Source: Camelus ferus
Taxonomy: Eukaryota
Length of the DNA: 64,000 nt
Direction: 5' to 3'
NCBI RefSeq assembly: GCF_009834535.1
Contig: NC_045696.1
Coordinates: 79,486,001-79,550,000, forward strand
The notes under the pieces were generated by a model. The model was not told the origin of the DNA, ran no database searches, and saw only the letters and a list, made by a program, of their open reading frames with translations. How positions within the stretch are numbered: the stretch's first letter is position 1; each line of letters opens with the position of its first letter. Of the stretch, positions 1 to 13,700 are shown one piece after another. Made by a program: the position numbers and the translations under genes.

Positions 1-649
1 TAACATCATCACATTTTCAAAGATCTCAGTAAAGTATAGATCTGAGAGCAAAGAGATACAAACAGACTGGAGAGAAAAAGGAGCCCTGGGAACGCCAGAG
101 GCTCTGAATTGGACTAAGCTGTTGCTTTTCTTATCTTGTCAGTAATATAATTTTACTACTTGATGTAAATAAACGTCTCTTGATAGGAGATAAATTTAAA
201 TCACCCCTTGGCTTTTGGTGCACATTTACCTACATTTAACTTCCCTTAGCTTTTCCTACAGATGTACTTGTTATTTCTGAATTTCTCATGCAGTAGGTTT
301 TCAGGTGAGTTTGGTGTACGTCTACAAGGTACCGTTGATGTTTTTTCAACCAGCAAATGCACGTAAATTGTCAATGATCCCATGTTGTTTTCGAATTTTT
401 ATCTAACAGTGATTCACTCTGGGCAGACGCACTGTGTTCTCACAGCACAGTGTTTGATGACTGCAAAGCTGCAGGCCTGTGCTGGGGCCAGCTCGTGTCC
501 TCAGATAACCCAGACTGGAAGCAGGCTTCGCTACCAGTGCAACACATCACACTGCAAGCCTGAGTGACTGGAACTGTGGAATCCCCACTATCTCAGGTGG
601 CGAGCGCTGCAGGTGGAATAGGCTTTTTGTTTTTGTTTTTGTTTTTGGA

Positions 650-970
650 GGATGTGAAGAGATAAAGGTTGGAGCTTTGGATATTTTAGGTAAAGTTTAT
701 TAGGCATCTTGACGGCATGTCCAGTAGGCAGTACTGACTTGTGTCTCTATATAGAAATCTGGAATTCAGAAGAACTTCCTGGAATAGAGATGCAGCTTTG
801 AAAAACTATGGCACATGGATGCTATTTTCAGTCATGAGACTGAACGAAATAGGAGTGAGTGTAAACACAGGATGAGAACCAATAACCGAACCTCAAAGCA
901 CTCCAGTGTTAAAATGTCTAGGTGAAGCGGAGTAACCAGCAAAGGAGACCAAGGAGTGACGAGTGAAGAC
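650..970 (-). mobile_element. L2 LINE fragment
   Basis: Resembles the reverse complement of the L2 3' region (tccagtaggcagt...tctggaattcagaaga...ccagcaaaggagaccaaggagtg). Boundaries approximate. Confidence 0.65.
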
Positions 971-1149
971 CACTTCTGGGCAGATTAAATAAGATGACAT
1001 ATATAAATGCATTTTGTAAACTTTAAGTTGCTATAGAAATTTTAGTTATGCCTATCTTTAGCAGTTGAACTAAGTCCACTTAACGGCATTCCCCACTGCC
1101 AAGACACATATTCACGCACACATATACACATCTGATCCCGGTCCACTTC

Positions 1150-1610
1150 TCTAGGATTATCTCCAGCTGCACCCTCTCCATATACACTAGCATCTGGTCA
1201 AATTGCATGCCTTTCACTCTTTGAGCACACCTCTTAATGGCTCGCCTTTATTTCGTGGCTCATATTCTTTTTGCTGCCTGAAATGTCATCACCCTTCCCC
1301 TTCTCTGAAAAGTCCAACTGTGCTGATTTTCCATGGCCCAACTTCTTCAGTCCTTTTGCCACACCACTTTAAAAAACTAGACCATTAAAGCATTTTCCTA
1401 TGATGTTTTATAGCCCTCAGCAGATGATATCTTTTATTCTATTTTTTAATGTACATGTTTCATCTCTCCTACTAAATAGTTTAATTCTTTACAGATAGAA
1501 TGTCTCAAGTAATCTCTATTTTTTACAACTTATAATTTAATGCTTAATATGTCATATGAACTCAATGAATTATTTAATAATCCAATGAGTCAGTTAATGA
1601 GTAAAGTAAT
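1150..1610 (+). mobile_element. L2 3'-end fragment
   Basis: Pyrimidine-rich L2-like body ending in a degenerate caatgaattatttaa...aatgagt tail. Confidence 0.5.
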
Positions 1611-4600
1611 AAATATGTTTATTTTGAACAATGTCTTACTTCCTTTGCAGAGAAAAGTCTTCAACTAATATTATCTTATGAGGTAGCACTTGGTCTCTTT
1701 TTAATTAATTTTATATTATTGCCAAACACATTTAATGCCTGCTATTGTGTTTTCTAAATTGAAAGTAGAAGCGCCTATGCTGTTTGTGGCCCTCAGGGCA
1801 TCTTGGTGTTAAGAGTTGTGTCCACAACCGTAAGGACCTATACCCTGTTTCTGCCAGAAGATAATAAACCTTTTGGGTGGAGTTTTGAGCTAGGGTCCAG
1901 GGGGCAATGAGATTTGAAAACAAAGAGCAGGAAAACATTGAAGGGAAAAATGCAGATCTTAGACGTCAACATCACAATCATACAAGCAACCAACGTACAC
2001 TGAGCAGAGACAAGAGGCTGGAAGTGAAGGCAATGCTTCCTCACACAGAAACTTTCTGATGTTTTGACTGCTAGAGTAGGACCCCACGACAGCCTTCCTA
2101 GAGGGCAGTCATCCTTAAGCTGAGTGTCAGGAAGACCATCTGAAGTTCCTGTCAAGTAATGAGACTTTTTTGCAGAGGCTGAACTCTGTGCCCAGAAGGA
2201 AGTGCTTATTGGTTCCGGGCTATTTTAGACTACTCTTGGCAGGAACAGTCTAAGCTTTTCTTTGGTATAAGACTACGAAACAAACAAAAAACAAAACCAA
2301 AAACTAAACCTTATTGTATAGATAATAGCTGATAAATTGTTATATATTTTAATATCTTTATTTTTCAGCTAAGTGGCTTACAGCAGTACATAATCTGTGT
2401 TCTTCAACATATTTTATCCTTATTACCAATGTAAATGATGAGAAAGTATAGATGCATTATCTTGTGAAAGCCAAGAATATTCAGGACTAAACAGTCTTAA
2501 AGTGAAGGATTTTCCAGAGATGAAAAAATATATATGCATGTATATATACACACACATATATAAGTTATTTTTATGGATTTTTAGTTAATCTTGAGACATT
2601 TCACCATTTCTAATTTTTGCCTTTTTATCTTGGGGTCAATGCAACTAACTAAAACTTTCTGAAGTTTTATAAACCTCTGCAATTTTAACATGTTCGAATG
2701 CATCTAAGAATCTAGTCCAAAATGTAAAGGTCTGCAGAAAAACTAACAGTGATCTAAAACTGGTGAGTATTTGAACAATGGGGAAAAAAATCATTCTGTT
2801 GATTTTTTAAAAATTTACAGTAGTAAATAATCAGTTTGTCCTCCCTTTTCTCTCCCTCCCCTCTTTCCTCCTCCTCCTTGCTCTCTCTCCCTGTTTCTTT
2901 TTCCTTCATTCTTTCTCAATTTCCTTATTATAATTCTACATTTCTAGGGCTGTAAGGAAAGTCATAATGCTTAAATTTACTGTAAAGTTGACCTAGACAA
3001 AGTAATGTTATCACTGAAGTCAACTAATAATATACTTTAATGTCTTTTATTAATGATCAGATGTATTCTCCTCATGAGAAAGAATAATATTTCATATACT
3101 ATTTTAAAATCTACTAATATATATCTCTCATTTAACTAGCCATATAAAATATATATATAAAAGCTTTCTAGCATTTATAGAACATAAAACATATTAAGCT
3201 AAAACCTTTATTTAAATCTATGTCTAAGTCTCTATCTCTCTATATATCACTATCTCTAGTTATACGTAGAGACAGTGTGTGTGTGTGAATTTAAAGTATT
3301 TACTTCCTGGTGAGTCTTCTACTTCCAAACAGGATGTAGAAGAGTGCAAAGCACCTTCATTACCATGATAATAATACAGAAAAACTGAACAAATAAAAAA
3401 TCATAATATTCTGTGTGGTTAGTGAAGCAGAGTAGATGCTAGGAAGTCTTGATGAATCAAATTCCAGACAAGAACAAGTATTTAACAGATGAGTCAAGAG
3501 TTTAGCAGTTTCTGTGCTGAGCTAAGTGCTTGATCTGGGCAGAGAGAGTAAGTCTTCCGTAGACAGACTTATCAGGGACAATGTCAAGTCAGCCATGTTT
3601 CAGATCACAGTGTAGGTTGTAAATGTAGCTGAAAGAGATCCAAAGGCTAGAGCAAATTATTTGGGCCATCAGTTCTTCCCTCCTGGCTTTTTCTAAGAAA
3701 GCAGCAATGCAGGAGGGGCTGAAAGTTGAGGGATCTCCTAGTATTCCCAGCCTCTTAGATTTAGGGCTTTGCTAGGGGTCAATCCAAAAATAAACCCAAA
3801 TTTCTAAAAATGCAAGCTCTTTCCTCCCCCTGGTAGTTATGGCGATGGAGCACTCTTTCACCACCTTGCAGGCGGAACTGACCACATTTAATTAGATTCA
3901 ATTTATCTGCAGTTGGGTATACCAACTACCACTGAGTGCTGCCTCTGCCTTTTTGATCTTATAGTATTGGAAGTAGGAGGGTATTGGGTTACAGTTTCAG
4001 ATATTTCTCAATTTGTTCAAAAAACAATTAAAGCAAAGTGATAACCAAGTATCATGGGGTTAGTAATACAGAAATAAATGACAGCAATCGAACAAAATAC
4101 AAAGGAGGGGGCTCTGTAAAGTGGTAAGTAACAAACACTTAATTTAAGGTAGATTTTGATGAGTTAATAATTCATGTCATAATTTCTAAAGCAATCACCA
4201 AATGAATGAAATAAAAGGAGTTTAGCTAATACTTTAACAGAAAATACAAAATGGAATTTTGAAATACACTCAATTAATTCAAAGAATATAAAAAGCAGAA
4301 ACAAAATAAAAAAAAGATTAGACAGGGTAAGCAAAAAACAGGAAACTTCAACACAATCCTATATATAATTATATTAAATATAAATGGATTAAACAATTCA
4401 AAGACCAGACTATAAAATTAGATAAAAAGGTGAGATGAGTTATATACTGTGTGCAAGAGTCACACTTCAAATATAAAGACACAAATAAGTTAAAAATAAA
4501 AAGATAGAAATACATGTGTCATGCAAATCCCAATTACAAGAGAGCTGGTGTGGCTATCGTAATACCATAAAAATGGACTAAGATAAAAATTTTTGATACA

Positions 4601-5775
4601 AAAAAATAACATTTCATAATGATAAAAAGTCAATTAATCAGGAAGATACAAGAAGATACAACAACTGAGTATGTATGCAAATAATAAATGGGCTTCAAAA
4701 TCTTTTTCAGAGAGAAGTAAGGGCATTCACAATTATGTTTAGAGAATTTATCACTACTTTCTCAACAACCAATAAACAAGTAGGCTAAAAAATCAACAAG
4801 TCTATGGAAAATCTGAATAAAGATATCAACCATCTTAACTAATGGATATTTATACCTCTTCAAACAAAAATGCACATGGAACATTTACCAAGATATTACA
4901 TATGCTGAGGCACAAAATACGTTTTAACATCTTTAAATATGAAAATCAAAAAGAGTACTTTCTCTGACTACAATTAATTCTTAGAAATCAACAGCAAAAA
5001 AGTCTTTAAAAAATTCATAAATTTGGAAATTAAAAACAACCTCTTAAAAACACATTGATCAAAGAACAAATCACAAGGTAATTTTGAAAATATTTTAACT
5101 AAATGATAATAAAGTGATAAAATATCAAAATTTGTGAGCTGCAGCTAAAACAACGTTTAGACAGAAATTGACAGCCATAAATTAACGTTAGAAAAAAGAG
5201 AATAAATAAACTCCAAAAATATATGTGTATATATATATACACAAAGAAACAATTAAATACTAACAAAACCAAAAGCTGCTTTTAATTAAAGATTAATAGC
5301 ATTGGAAAAACACCTAGAAAGACTGATCAAGAAAAATAAGGGGGCATAAATTACTAATCTCATGAATGAAAGAGGAAAGATCGATAAAAATATCTTTCAG
5401 ATAATAGAAGAAAGATGTTAAAATGTGAAATTAATGCCAATAAGTAAAATAAACAAACTGCTTGAAATAAACAACTTACTAAAAGTGATTGAGAAAGCAG
5501 AAAATCTGAACAGTCCCATGTCTATTTTAAAAATCGAATTAGTAATTAAAAATCTTAAAAAAAAAAAACCTAAAAACTACAGAACAACTACAGGCTTAGA
5601 GGCTTCTCTGTTGAATTTTACCAAACATTTAAGGAATAAATAATGTCAATCTTTTAAAAACTCTTTCAGTTAATAGAAAAGTGTGGAACACTTCCTAATT
5701 CATTTTATGAGCACTACATAATCTTGGTACCAAAACTTGACAAGAACACTTGGGTATATAGTACTACAATATTAC

Positions 5776-5809
<34 letters not shown>

Positions 5810-5838
5810 TAACACATATATATATACACACACACACA
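5776..5838. repeat. Compound (TA)n(CA)n microsatellite
   Basis: Directly visible, inside the old L1. Confidence 0.9.
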
Positions 5839-6245
5839 TCTTCTGAAAATGGGAAAAACAGTCCTTAACAATATATTAGCAAATGAATCCAGGAATACAT
5901 AGAAAAGATTCAATATGTAGCCTCCCATTAATTCAAGGCAGGCTTAACACTCAAGAATAATCAATATAATTCATCAATTATAGGTTAAAAATCATGTAAG
6001 CATCTCAATTGTTGGAGGAAAAATAACTTTATGGAATTCTATACCCATTTGTGATTTAAAAATATGTATCAGCAAACTAACAATAACAAGGATTTTTCCT
6101 GATCTGATAAAGGACTTATATCCAGAATTAGCAATCATCAATACGTAGACAAACAGTGCAATAAAAAATAGACAAGTGTTTGAATGGACCACTTACTAAA
6201 GAAGACATATGAAATGATTAATTATCACACAAAAAGGTGTTCAAC

Positions 6246-6299
6246 TGGAATTTGACACAACATTGTAAAATGATTATAAATCAATAAAAAATGTTAAAA
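6246..6299 (+). mobile_element. Ultra-short young L1 3'-tail insertion with 15-bp TSD
   Basis: Identical to 45090-45143 of the young L1. Flanked by the perfect direct repeat aaaaaggtgttcaac at 6231-6245 and 6300-6314. Confidence 0.93.
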
Positions 6300-7607
6300 A
6301 AAAAGGTGTTCAACATCATTAGAGTAAAGCCAGTTAAAATACAATGAGATACATTGTCATATTCCCCTAGAAGGGCTTCAAATTAAAATACTAAAAATAC
6401 AAAGCGTTGGCAAGAATGTGGAGCAACTGGAACTCTCATGCATTGCTAATGGGAATGTAGAAAGGTTCAACTACTACGAAAAACAGTCCGTAAGTTTTTA
6501 TAGTTACACATTTAGCATAAGAGGAAGAATTCCACTCCCTGTTTACAAAAGAGAAATAAAAAATGCATAGCAGCTTTATTTATAAGCCAAAAATTTTAAA
6601 CAAGCTACATACCCACCATCAGGGGAACTAATACATTGTGGAATATCATTCATCATTAAAAGGAAACAAGCTAATGATAGAGTCAACAACTTGGATGAAT
6701 CTTTCAGACTCAAAGAAGCCAATCACAAATCATCTTTATTAAAGTTCAAGAACAGGCAATACTAACCCATGATGATTGAAGTGTGGTTCAATTCAGACAA
6801 GTAGTTTCCTGGAGTGTGCAGGTGTTAGAGACTGACTGGAAAAAAGCACAATAGGGACTTTTGGGGATGATGGAAATATTCCACATCAGGGTATTTTTTT
6901 CCCCATGTCTTGGATTCTCCCTCAACGTTACCACTACATCCTGAAAACAATAGTATATTACCTTCATTGTTGATTCAGTGTTAAACAAACCTGCTTCTAA
7001 ACGTATTGACAAAAGTTTTGTTTCTGCTTTAAAGTAATTTTGTATCATTTGTCATTAAAGGTTATTACAAGATACTTCTATTAAAAATATAAAATAGTAA
7101 AAAAAAAAAAAAAGAATCAAAGAAAAGGTTGAAAACCAGAGAACTAGGGCAGCTCCAAAGATTCACAGTGACAAATCTGTGAACTATGCACATCTCTGTT
7201 AATACATGGACCCCTGGTGTTACCCAGTGATGTATCAAAAAAAAAAGTAATTTTGAATTATCTTTCATTCTTAGTTGAGGAAACTGCCATTAATTAATAA
7301 TGTTTTTAAAGCTTTATATAATTATAAATTTTGGCATACTTTTTGAAAATAGACTTGATTTTAATATCAAAAATAGATGTTATTTGCTAGTGTCACCATA
7401 TGGTACCAACTGAATCAATTACTATTACAGAGATAATCAAAAATAAATTTCCAAGTGCCAAACAAGTTGCAGCCATCATGAACCATCTTAATCAACTGAT
7501 CCCTGCTCTTTCTCTGCACCTCTTTCATGTTCAAACACCAGCATGATGCCCAGAGGGGAGGTTTAATCTCCTTTCCTAATAAAAATCAGTGCCACCCTGC
7601 GTATCAG

Positions 7608-7621
7608 CCAGCAGAGGGCTC
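7608..7621 (+). promoter_or_regulatory. Candidate CTCF core motif
   Basis: CCAGCAGAGGGCTC matches the CCASYAGRKGGCRS core except at position 13, in non-repeat sequence. Confidence 0.4.
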
Positions 7622-7839
7622 AATGAGAGAATTTGTAAGTCTTCACAAAATAGCTAAAAGCACCTCTGTTAGCTGGCTTTGTTAAACATGTAATTTGCCT
7701 CTTAAATCTGCACAGGCAGTGTAGCTGATTATTCTTATTAGTTGTTAAACCTAACCACTACTTATGCTCATTCAAATAGTTCTCTTTTCACTTGTCACAT
7801 ATATCCAATTATTCACAGGCATTTTTAGTACCTGAGTGG

Positions 7840-8200
7840 ACAAATCCTAGAGTTTTAGAACTGAGAGGCACCTCTGAGGTCATTCTTCTGAGGTCTTTCA
7901 GTTTAAACCTCTTACCCAAGTTCTCTCAGCAGTGTTCCTGACAGATAACTGGGTAACCTCTGCTTGTGGAAGGGAGATAAACAGATACTACCTGTGGGGG
8001 AACGCGATGCACATGAGTAGTTCAATTATCAGTCATCAAAATCTCTTTCCTGCATCTTCTATTCGCCTATCCTAGTAATTATCTCTGCACCTACAGGGAG
8101 TAATTTCAATTCCTGTTCCAGTGGATAGCCCTTCCTATATTTAGAGCCTCTTGTCATTTCTTTGGATTTGGTATCAGCTTCGGGAAACAATGTCCTTTTC
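7840..8200 (-). mobile_element. L3/CR1 3' fragment
   Basis: agagttttagaactgagaggcacctctgaggtcat...cttcctatatttagag resembles the reverse complement of the L3 3' end. Confidence 0.5.
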
Positions 8201-8372
8201 ACATATTTCTATGTGTAATTAGTTCTTATTGTATTAAGATTCCTTAATGAACTAGTTAACTGTGGTAATCCCTATCACTTTGGAAGTTTGGATTCGCAAG
8301 GCTAATTATCCAAGTTTTTATAATTTGGAAATATAAGTACCTCCAAAATCAGGAATCACTTTGGGATCTAAC

Positions 8373-8520
8373 CCTGTGCTTCTCAAAATCTGAATTACCT
8401 GGAATCTTATTAAAACACAATATCTGACTTGGTATTTCTGAGGCAGAACCTGGGAGAAGGCATTTTGAACAAGCCTCCTTGTTGTTAGTCCACAGAACAT
8501 ATTCTGAATAACAGGTTCTA
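8373..8520. mobile_element. MER5-like hAT-Charlie DNA transposon remnant
   Basis: gtgcttctcaaaatctgaattacctggaatcttattaaaacaca...gcattttgaacaagc is MER5A/B-like. Confidence 0.6.
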
Positions 8521-9224
8521 ACTAGAGTTTCTTACGCAGAAATCATAGTATGCTTTTCTACACTGTTGTATTATACAAACATGTAACTGAGGCAAAACAT
8601 TAACAATAGCACATAAACATAAAAATAAGTGATACTATTTAATACTAAACCCTCAAATTGGAAAGAAAAATTAGGGACTATTACATTAGTTCTCCACTAC
8701 TAATAATTATTATGTAACACATGAATGCTTTGAGCTAGGAAAAAATATTCTCTCAAATTATCTTGGATTATTTATAGGCCAATGATTGCTCAAAACTTGT
8801 GTGTAACTTTTCTGACCTGTTAATTAAGAATCTGATTTCCTCCCTCATGGCCAGCTCTCACTTCTGCCATCAAAAAGCTTTCTCTATGTTTTCACAAAGG
8901 TGAAAATGAATTTATTATCCAGAGTATTAGGCATATATTCTACAGAAATTTTCTTATGTGTCACAGCATGAATTTTCCACAGTGACTATTTCAATACAGG
9001 ACAAGTAATTTTCTTTTCTCTATGGAAAAGATTATCCATTGTTTAACAATCATCATCTTTTACAACTGGCTTCCAGAGTATTCCCTATCATTTTGGATAT
9101 ATTTGTTTTACTTAGTTTTCTATAATTTGTTAATTGGAATCAATATAATTTATAACTATGTAAATTATAATTACAACTAATTTATTATAGTACCTAGGAA
9201 TTATACACAGAGCTTTTATTAATA

Positions 9225-9455
9225 ACAACAACAGTAACAAAACAGCTACTACCACTTATTGATTGCCTATCTCCTCTAAGTACTGTCACTGGTCATGCTT
9301 ACAGATTTCTAATAAGTAGTATAATTGGACCATTATATAAATGAAGAAACAGACGTTCATAGGTGTGAAATAGCTTGGATGGGGTCACCTGGATAGTTAA
9401 TGGCTGAGATTTGGAGCTGTTTGGCTTTGGTTCCATGATCACAATGCAACCTGCC
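9225..9455 (-). mobile_element. MIR SINE
   Basis: Reverse-complement MIR core: aaatgaagaaacagacgttcataggtgtgaaatagcttggatggggtcacctggatagttaatggc. Confidence 0.65.
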
Positions 9456-12042
9456 TGGCTCTGGAAGGGGTTTCATATTAATGCATAAAAACTTTTCTGT
9501 TGAAGAAAGTAATTATAATTTAGTTGATTCCATCAACTAAATCCAAAGTACATGTAAAAGACAAAAGGATTTTTTTAAACGTGGATCCTCAGGGCATAAA
9601 TATAACCCTTCTTAGGATCAGAGATCATTAAAAAGAATTTACATCAAACACAATACTTTTAAAAACACAAAAAAAAATTACTCCAGGCTTTAAGCTATTT
9701 AAATCTCACATATTAACAAAGTGGCAAAGAGTATTCAGCCAATTTAATGAGTCCATAATGTAGACATTAGCAGAACTAACAGCTCCTGTGTTCAGTTTGT
9801 TACCACTGAGCTGGCTTCATTAGCTTTGTGGGGTTTTTTCCCCCAAAATATAATAATCCTTAATTTCAATTCCTTCAGTTTTTACTTCTTTTTTTTAATA
9901 AAAACTTTGGTAAGAACCTGAAAATTACACTGCCCATCACTGATATTCCTTTACTTTCTGTTGTCATCACCTCACCTCATGTCTGCAGCTCCAGCCCAAA
10001 CCAATCTGTGACTTCTCTGCTGCAAAAGTTATAAACAAGGATGAGACAAAAGTGGAGGTGATTAGAAGAAAGAACCAGAATGAAGTTTTTCAGATAAAGT
10101 GATGGTGCAGTAAAGAAACCTGATTAGATTATAGAAATGTTTGAGATTAGAAAAGACAAGATGTCATATGCAGGGAGAAAAATTTGAAAGAATGTCAGGA
10201 AATTTAAATAAAAATACTTTTTATAGGCTACAGCTACAAGTGACTAAATTGTGGCGCATATTTTAATGAATTAGAACTTCTCAATGTCTAAGCTGTTTCA
10301 TGATGATATCCTAGTTTTTGTTCTATTGTTCGAGTCAGTAAACTTTATGTTAGTAAAATTAACCTTACCAAGTAGTAGCATAATGGTCTCCCAACGACTT
10401 TACAGGTTATAAGTGCCGTTTGAGAATTTATCAAATACTTCCAATACTTTTTCAATATTTTTAAGAAATATACTTAATACCAAGTGGCCACAGAATGAAT
10501 ACAATGACTCCAAGGTTATTTGAAAATTCTGTGTGATGTGTTGAAGGAAAACATAAGATAAAAATCTAACATTATTCTAAACCTAAATGATTGACTCATT
10601 TAGGTGCTTGTCTTTAGTTTATTCTTCCTGCTTTCCCCGAACGTTAGTCCTTTATGAAGACTGACGGAGGACATACCAAAAGCAGAAGATCCTTCCCTGA
10701 CACCATGCACATGTGCCTAAATGTGCTACTTACCAAAACATGACATAATTGGATCCCATATCCAATCAAGGGCAGAAGAGGACATTTATGCTGATATTAG
10801 CTTTAAACCTCTGTGTGTATTTATTAAAAACAAAATGTTCTCCATCTTAATTGCCTAAATACAGTTTTATTCACATTTCACTTGGAAAAAATCTGCAAGA
10901 TTGCCAAAGAAATTTACAACAAACTGCAATACTGTACAAGAAAGACAAAATGGATAAGTTCGACTGAGATATTGAAAGTCAAATCCTGACTGAGCCAAAA
11001 AAAAGGATTCAAGACTCCTTTCGGCTTTCAGAGTCTAACTCGAGCGACACAGATCCTCATAATCTCCTCATCACCTCCTGCATTTTGGAAACCATCATCT
11101 GCCAGTGACCTGTGGAATTAATCACTGAGGTAGAAGATAAGGTTATGTCACCAATAACAGCCCTGGGAAGGGTTAGCTTTTAGGAGAGACTGTGTGACTG
11201 ACTTCTATAGTAGACTGAACAATGTTGGATGACTTGCAGGCAAAAGAAATATGGACATAATTCACAAAAGACTGCTTTGTCCTCCATGTCCTAAGGGTTA
11301 ACATCGTCAGCTGGCTAAATTTGGTTCAGAAATATGCACGGTCATCTTCTCCAGTAATGTAAGTATCATAAAGAACTGGCTGAAACAATTTTTATAACAA
11401 TCATTGCATGATTTAGCATCCCTCCTATAAATAATTTAATCTAATAAAAAAGAGGAAGCATTGTTTTCATTCAGGGAGAAAGTAAATTTCAGTATAAAAT
11501 GATAAGCAACTTCTTTATTGACACAAAAGTATGGACCAGTAAACAGAAAAAAAACTGTATGGCTCACGGAAACTATACTAAAATAGATATATAACATGAA
11601 AGATACTATATAATCACTTTGCTTAACCAAGATTTGAAACATTTTTCCTGTCTTTTGCTGAAGAATATTTAAAGCTTTTAAGTATGCTGGAATAATACTC
11701 CGGAAGCAGTCTTTCATTTATTCAGAGAACAGATAAGCATGAGTGAAAAGAAAAATCTTGATACTCCTTTTAAACACATAGTTTATCTGGATTTACTATC
11801 TAGTTGTGTGAAAGAGGGATAGTTACAGACTATTTTGATCCACAATGATAGTGAATATATTTGTAGTCTCACTCACAACATGTGGTTCCTTTAGTCTAAC
11901 AGAAATTCAGTTAGTGGTTAAAAAAAATCCCCAATGCATAAACATATCTTATGACAAAATCTTTTTCTGAAATATTAGCAATTGTCATAGGAAGGATATA
12001 ATATAGAAATGTATATTCACAATTCTCAGAGTTACAATAGAG

Positions 12043-12320
12043 CAGTGTTTTTCAAACTGCCGTGTGTGACCCATTAATCGGGCATGAAATCAATCTAATG
12101 GGACGTGATCAGTTATTTTTTAATGGTACACAGTAGAATAGGAGAGAATGGAATATATTAGAGGGCACTGCACATTGTAAAGTAAGAATAATTAAATGAA
12201 GTCTCTGCTTATCATACACACACACACATCTATTTACATATATATTTACACATATACACATGTGACGGTGTGTGTGTCCTAGATTCTAATATAAAATAAA
12301 AAATAATTGAAAATTGCTTC
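12043..12320. mobile_element. hAT-Charlie MER (MER113-like)
   Basis: Begins cagtgtttttcaaactgccgtgtgtgacccattaatcgggcatgaaatcaatctaatgg. Degenerate TIR ttgaaaattgct at the right end. Confidence 0.6.
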
Positions 12321-12849
12321 AATAACAGTATCAAAGCCCAGTCTTTACTACCAAAGGAAATCATATTCCATACTCTCCTTCAGAAAACTGTCTTAAAACT
12401 CACTGACCACCATTAGTCCTCCAGATAAGTTAGATTATTTCTGTAACCACTTCAGAAGCATCACATGATCTAGAAAGGAAAGTTTAGGTGCTGGTCTCAT
12501 GTACGCATTCTCATTTTCAAGCATAGTTTCTAGTTTGATTTCCTCAATGCTTTCTCTTTCACCTTTTTATTATATTAAGGCATGCAAAATTTTAAAGTCT
12601 GGCTGATATAATAGAAAGCATTTAAAAATCATCTTATGTATACACACACATATATACTATCCTACTTCAACTTGGTCACTTGTACATAAAGCTTCCTTGA
12701 TCTATTGACCAGCAATTAATCTTAGAGAATCAGGACAGATTTACAGCCACCAATTGACAAGATGATAAACCATGAGATGCAGTGAAACATCAGGAATAAG
12801 GTGGCTGCAGATGTTAAGTGAAGGGCCAATGATGTTTGTTTTGGCCGGC

Positions 12850-13700
12850 GTTAGTTTAGAACAAGAAAAACAGAAACAATCTCAAAGAACTTTTTGACCT
12901 TTAGAGTGTTGCAGAAAGCAGTAAATGAGTAAGTTCATAAATTAATAAATTCCTATAGCATTGGCAAATTGTTGAGAAGAGAGAATGAAACATTTTATCA
13001 CTACTCCAGAGACATAACTTCTGGGAAAAAAAAATCAAACATGTTCAGGTTTTATTTTTATAAGCCATTTGAAGGAGACATCTGGTCTCTTTACCAAGAC
13101 TTCTGTTCCTGCCCTCTGTAATAGATATCATACTCCTTCTTGATGGTCTGGAATGGTAATCAGACCACCTTCACTTTATATAGACCCCAAGAGAGTACTA
13201 ACAACTTTTGATTACTGATAGCATGGGAAGAATTCAAACCACTAATCCATTGTCTGTAAATACTTTATTCACATACCAATGCCATAAACAATCTAATTCT
13301 GTAAAAGCTGACACATAATACCTAGCATGAAGAGAAGAACTTATGTTTAGTAGCAACCTGAGAAAAAAATAAGTACATAAAATTAACAAGGAAGTTTCAG
13401 CGTGGTTCATTGGAGACCTGGGACTGCATATCTGGATATGATATTGGATAAATTGAGAAAATTAGAGCAATCATGGATCAAAAGTTATAACGCAGCATTT
13501 TTGTGCATCACAGAGACCCTTCAGGGAAACCCCAGCTCAGCAATGAGTTCATTTATCAAAGGGATAATGACCCAAAAAACATTCTTCTGGAGACAGTGTG
13601 GAAACTATTTCCTTTTTAAAAGAAAGGCACCTGTGGAACTAATTAGAATGAAGTACTTCTTTCAAAGTATGGGCTATAATCCTGTTGAGTGAATAAAAGA
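12850..13700 (+). mobile_element. Possible highly degraded L3/CR1 RT-region fragment
   Basis: Weak resemblance to CR1 RT/3' sequence (gatattggataaattgagaaaattagag). Confidence 0.3.

Larger units (their letters stand above)
3310..6900 (+). mobile_element. Old L1M LINE-1 (degraded, internally deleted 5'UTR/ORF2/3' end)
   Basis: A-rich strand with ORF2 endonuclease- and RT-region remnants (aaatataaatggattaaac; atggaacatttaccaagat; cttcctaattcattttatgag) and an L1M 3' region (gttggcaagaatgtggagcaactggaactctca). ORF 5425..5643 is an ORF2 remnant. Confidence 0.85.
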
